From Entomortierella parvispora E1425 (lineage: Eukaryota; Fungi; Mortierellomycota): a stretch of DNA of 64,000 nucleotides. Positions 61,228 through 64,000 of this stretch are shown here, piece after piece. A model generated the notes under the pieces. The model saw nothing but the letters and a program-made list of their open reading frames with translations. It was not told the origin of the DNA and made no database searches. The stretch lies in contig BQFW01000009.1 of the NCBI GenBank assembly GCA_020891255.1, positions 558,001 through 622,000 of the forward strand. The letters run 5' to 3'. Position numbers and translations under genes: made by a program. Position 1 is the first letter of the stretch; each line of letters begins with the position of its first letter.

Positions 61228-64000
61228 ATGCTCGCCGCTGCAAGGACACAGGTGCCTAGCATCCTTAGGACAGGAGCCCGCAACACCATTGTCCCAAGAG
61301 CATTTAGACAATCCCAAAGAGCATTCCTCGCCACCAGTGCAGGTACTGTTCTCTTCTTTACTCTGCATACCTTTGCAGCGCAGTCTCGGCATGTCTGGCA
61401 ACCGAAGCTAACTACAATGAACGACCTCTTTGTCTTCAGATTCATGGAAGCCTGGAAAATCAATTCACGGATACACTGTCTTGGAGGTATGCCACGACAG
61501 CCACGATGTAGCGGCGTTTTGGACCTGCTGTTCTCCACGCACTGTAGATTTAATTGTATGTGTTTTTTTTCTCTCATAGACCCGTCATGTCAAGGAGCTG
61601 GAATTGGACGCTATTCGCCTGAAGCATGACAAAACAGGAGCTGAGCATCTTCACATTGCCCGCGATGATTCGAACAATGTTTTCGGCGTCGGATTTGCTA
61701 CTCCTCCAGATAACAGCGCAGGAGTTCCTCATATTTTGGAGCACACCACTCTCTGTGGTAGCAGATCATACCCTGTGCGCGATCCATTCTTTAAGATGTT
61801 GAACCGAAGCATGGCAACCTTTATGAACGCCTATACCGGTAAGTCGAAGAGTCGGGCCAAGGCTTGTTCGACTGGGACAAGCTATTTCCTGATGATCTCT
61901 CCAACTGGTTGCTAACTCTGTCGCGTTGGCCCTCAACATTTATCAGCAAGCGATTACACACTTTACCCATTCTCAACCACCAACCCCGTGGACTACAAAA
62001 ACTTGCGAAATGTGTACATGGATGCTGCATTCTTTCCCCACTTGAGAGAGCTTGATTTCAAACAGGAGGGCTGGCGTTTGGAGCATGAGAACCCAAATGG
62101 TACCTAGAACGCACCGTTGCAATGCTTGAGAAAAGAATGTTCAAAAATGGACCTTCTATTAGACGACAGGGATAACTGACAACATAAATCATTGACTTTG
62201 GAAATTAGACAAAAACTCGCCTATTGTCTTCAAAGGGATCGTCTACAACGAGATGAAGGGCCAGATGGCGGATGCAGGGTACCTATTTTACTCAAAGATG
62301 CAACAGCATATGTTCCCCGGAACAACTTATGCTCACAACAGTGGAGGAGAACCCGCCAACATCACCGATCTTACCCATGAAGAACTTGTGCACTTCCACA
62401 AGACACACTATCATCCCAGCAACGCCCGTTTCTACACCTATGGAAACTTTGCTTTGGAGGACTCGCTCGAGTTCATCAACTCGAAAATTCAAGAGTTCTC
62501 GCCTATTACCCCTCCTTTGGCAGAAAAGATTGTAAAGCCATTTGAGAGTCCTCGCCGCGTTGCCATGACCTGCCCAGTCGACCCCAGTATGAGATCACAA
62601 CGTTATTTGCAGGCGATGGAGTTGACAAGGCTTTTAAAAATCACTAACTGTGGTCATTTTCACCTGATGAAATAGTGGCGTCGCCCGAGAAGCAGGCAAA
62701 GATGTCCGTTTCCTTCCTCACGAACAAGGCCACCGATACCTTTGAAGGATTTGGACTTCGTATTCTCTCTGATCTGCTCACGGATGGACATGCTTCTCCC
62801 ATGTACAAGGCTCTAATTGAGTCCAACCTTGGATCAGAGTACTCTTCCAACACTGGTTATGATGGTTCGACCATGGTCAGCTCCATGTCCTTTGGTGTCC
62901 AGGGGATGAAGCAGGAAGACATTGCCAAGGTTGAGGAGACGGTCATGAAGGTCCTTCAGAATGTCCAAAAGGAGGGTGTTGATCCCAAGCGTGTGGATGC
63001 TATCGTTCACCAGATGGAGCTCGGTCAAAAGCATGTAAGTTTCATATCCAACCACCACCAAAAAACCACTGCGAAAGTGTTTAAATGTACTTAGCTGCTT
63101 TGAACGATCCTTCCCCCTAGAAAACCTCGTTCTTTGGATTGAGTCTCATGCAGGGATTGTCTTCCGGATGGTTCAATGGCTGCAACCCCGTCGATCTCTT
63201 GGAATTGAACAAGGTATGTATACATTAGTTTTCTGTTTCGCTGGGAATGTATGCCCTAATGCTTGAATTTTCTTCATTATAGAACATTGAGCGCCTCAAA
63301 GTTGAGCTTGCGTCTGGACCTTTCTTCCAGAACTTGATTTCAAAGTACCTTCTCAACAACCCACACAGATTGGTATTCAGCATGACTCCCAGCCCCGACT
63401 ATGGTGCCGAAGTCACCGCCAATGAGACGACGCGTTTGATGGGCAAGACTAGTATCTTGACCAAGCAAGATGAGGAAGCCATTTATGAACAGGGTCAGGC
63501 TTTGCTCAAGAACCAGGAAGCCACCGAGGATGTGTCATGTCTCCCTACCTTGAAGGTCGAGGATATTTCCAAGAAGATGAAGACCTATTCGTTGGAGCAC
63601 AGCGCCATTAGCAGTGTCCCAGTTCAATGGAGACCTACCTTGACCAACGGGATCACATACTTCAGAGGTATCAGCGCTATCCCAGGATTGACCGCCGAGC
63701 AGAAGCAATATCTCCCTCTCTTCACAGATGTAAGTTGTACTTTTTGAAGCTCTACCCTATGATCATGATCCACCAATTCTGATTTTTTGACAAAATTTGG
63801 TGTTTGAAATTAGTCTCTTACTTCATTGGGAACCAAGGAGCGCCCCATGAGTGCAATTGATGACGAGATTCGACTCTACACTGGCGGTATTCGCATTTCA
63901 CCCTTCCTCTCCACCAACCACTCTGCCATCGACCGCATTGAGGAGGGAGTTTCCTTTAGCTCATACTGCTTGGACAGGAACCAGGACCATATGTATGATC
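61228..64000 (+). CDS. CYM1: Mitochondrial presequence protease (pitrilysin M16C), multi-exon, continues past the window end
   Basis: Presequence [10 protein letters not shown]..; [30 protein letters not shown] (HxxEH); [11 protein letters not shown]; HYHPSNA. Confidence 0.95.

Noticed and set aside
1-64000. CRISPR array, rRNA, intact transposon or LTR element
   Set aside because: No repeat-spacer array, rRNA-like block, or transposase, RT or integrase ORF was found; the repeats seen are microsatellites and homopolymers.

Overview
Eukaryotic, intron-containing fungal DNA. The Arm-like/NACHT NLR type and the gene style suggest Mortierellaceae (inference). I can support 16 intact protein-coding genes and 2 pseudogenes; there is no CRISPR array, tRNA, rRNA or intact transposon. 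In order: an NLR (Arm-like + NACHT, runs off the left edge) broken by two in-frame stops; a ~1500-aa disordered protein with a Zn-ribbon-like motif; a small PAH-like repeat protein; an SPT23/MGA2-like IPT/TIG-ankyrin factor with no membrane anchor; PP4R1; type II PI4-kinase; a single-pass surface sensor; eIF6; a PilV-like gene; an MFS relic; two tandem MCT-type MFS transporters; a mitochondrial PPR protein; a Ybp1/glomulin-family protein; BET1; ECM33-like; a Rieske protein; LENG1-like; CSN7; CYM1 (runs off the right edge). The standout is 40990-41517: an intronless ORF whose middle matches the constant/variable junction of the bacterial plasmid shufflon adhesin PilV. It carries a signal peptide, a TATA box, a CT-rich leader and a spliceosomal 5'-UTR intron, and it sits where exon 1 of a decayed third MFS paralog (relic exons 2-3 at 41766-42198) should be. 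This points to a domesticated bacterial adhesin module, possibly by promoter capture. Family calls are from motif recognition only; no database searches were run.
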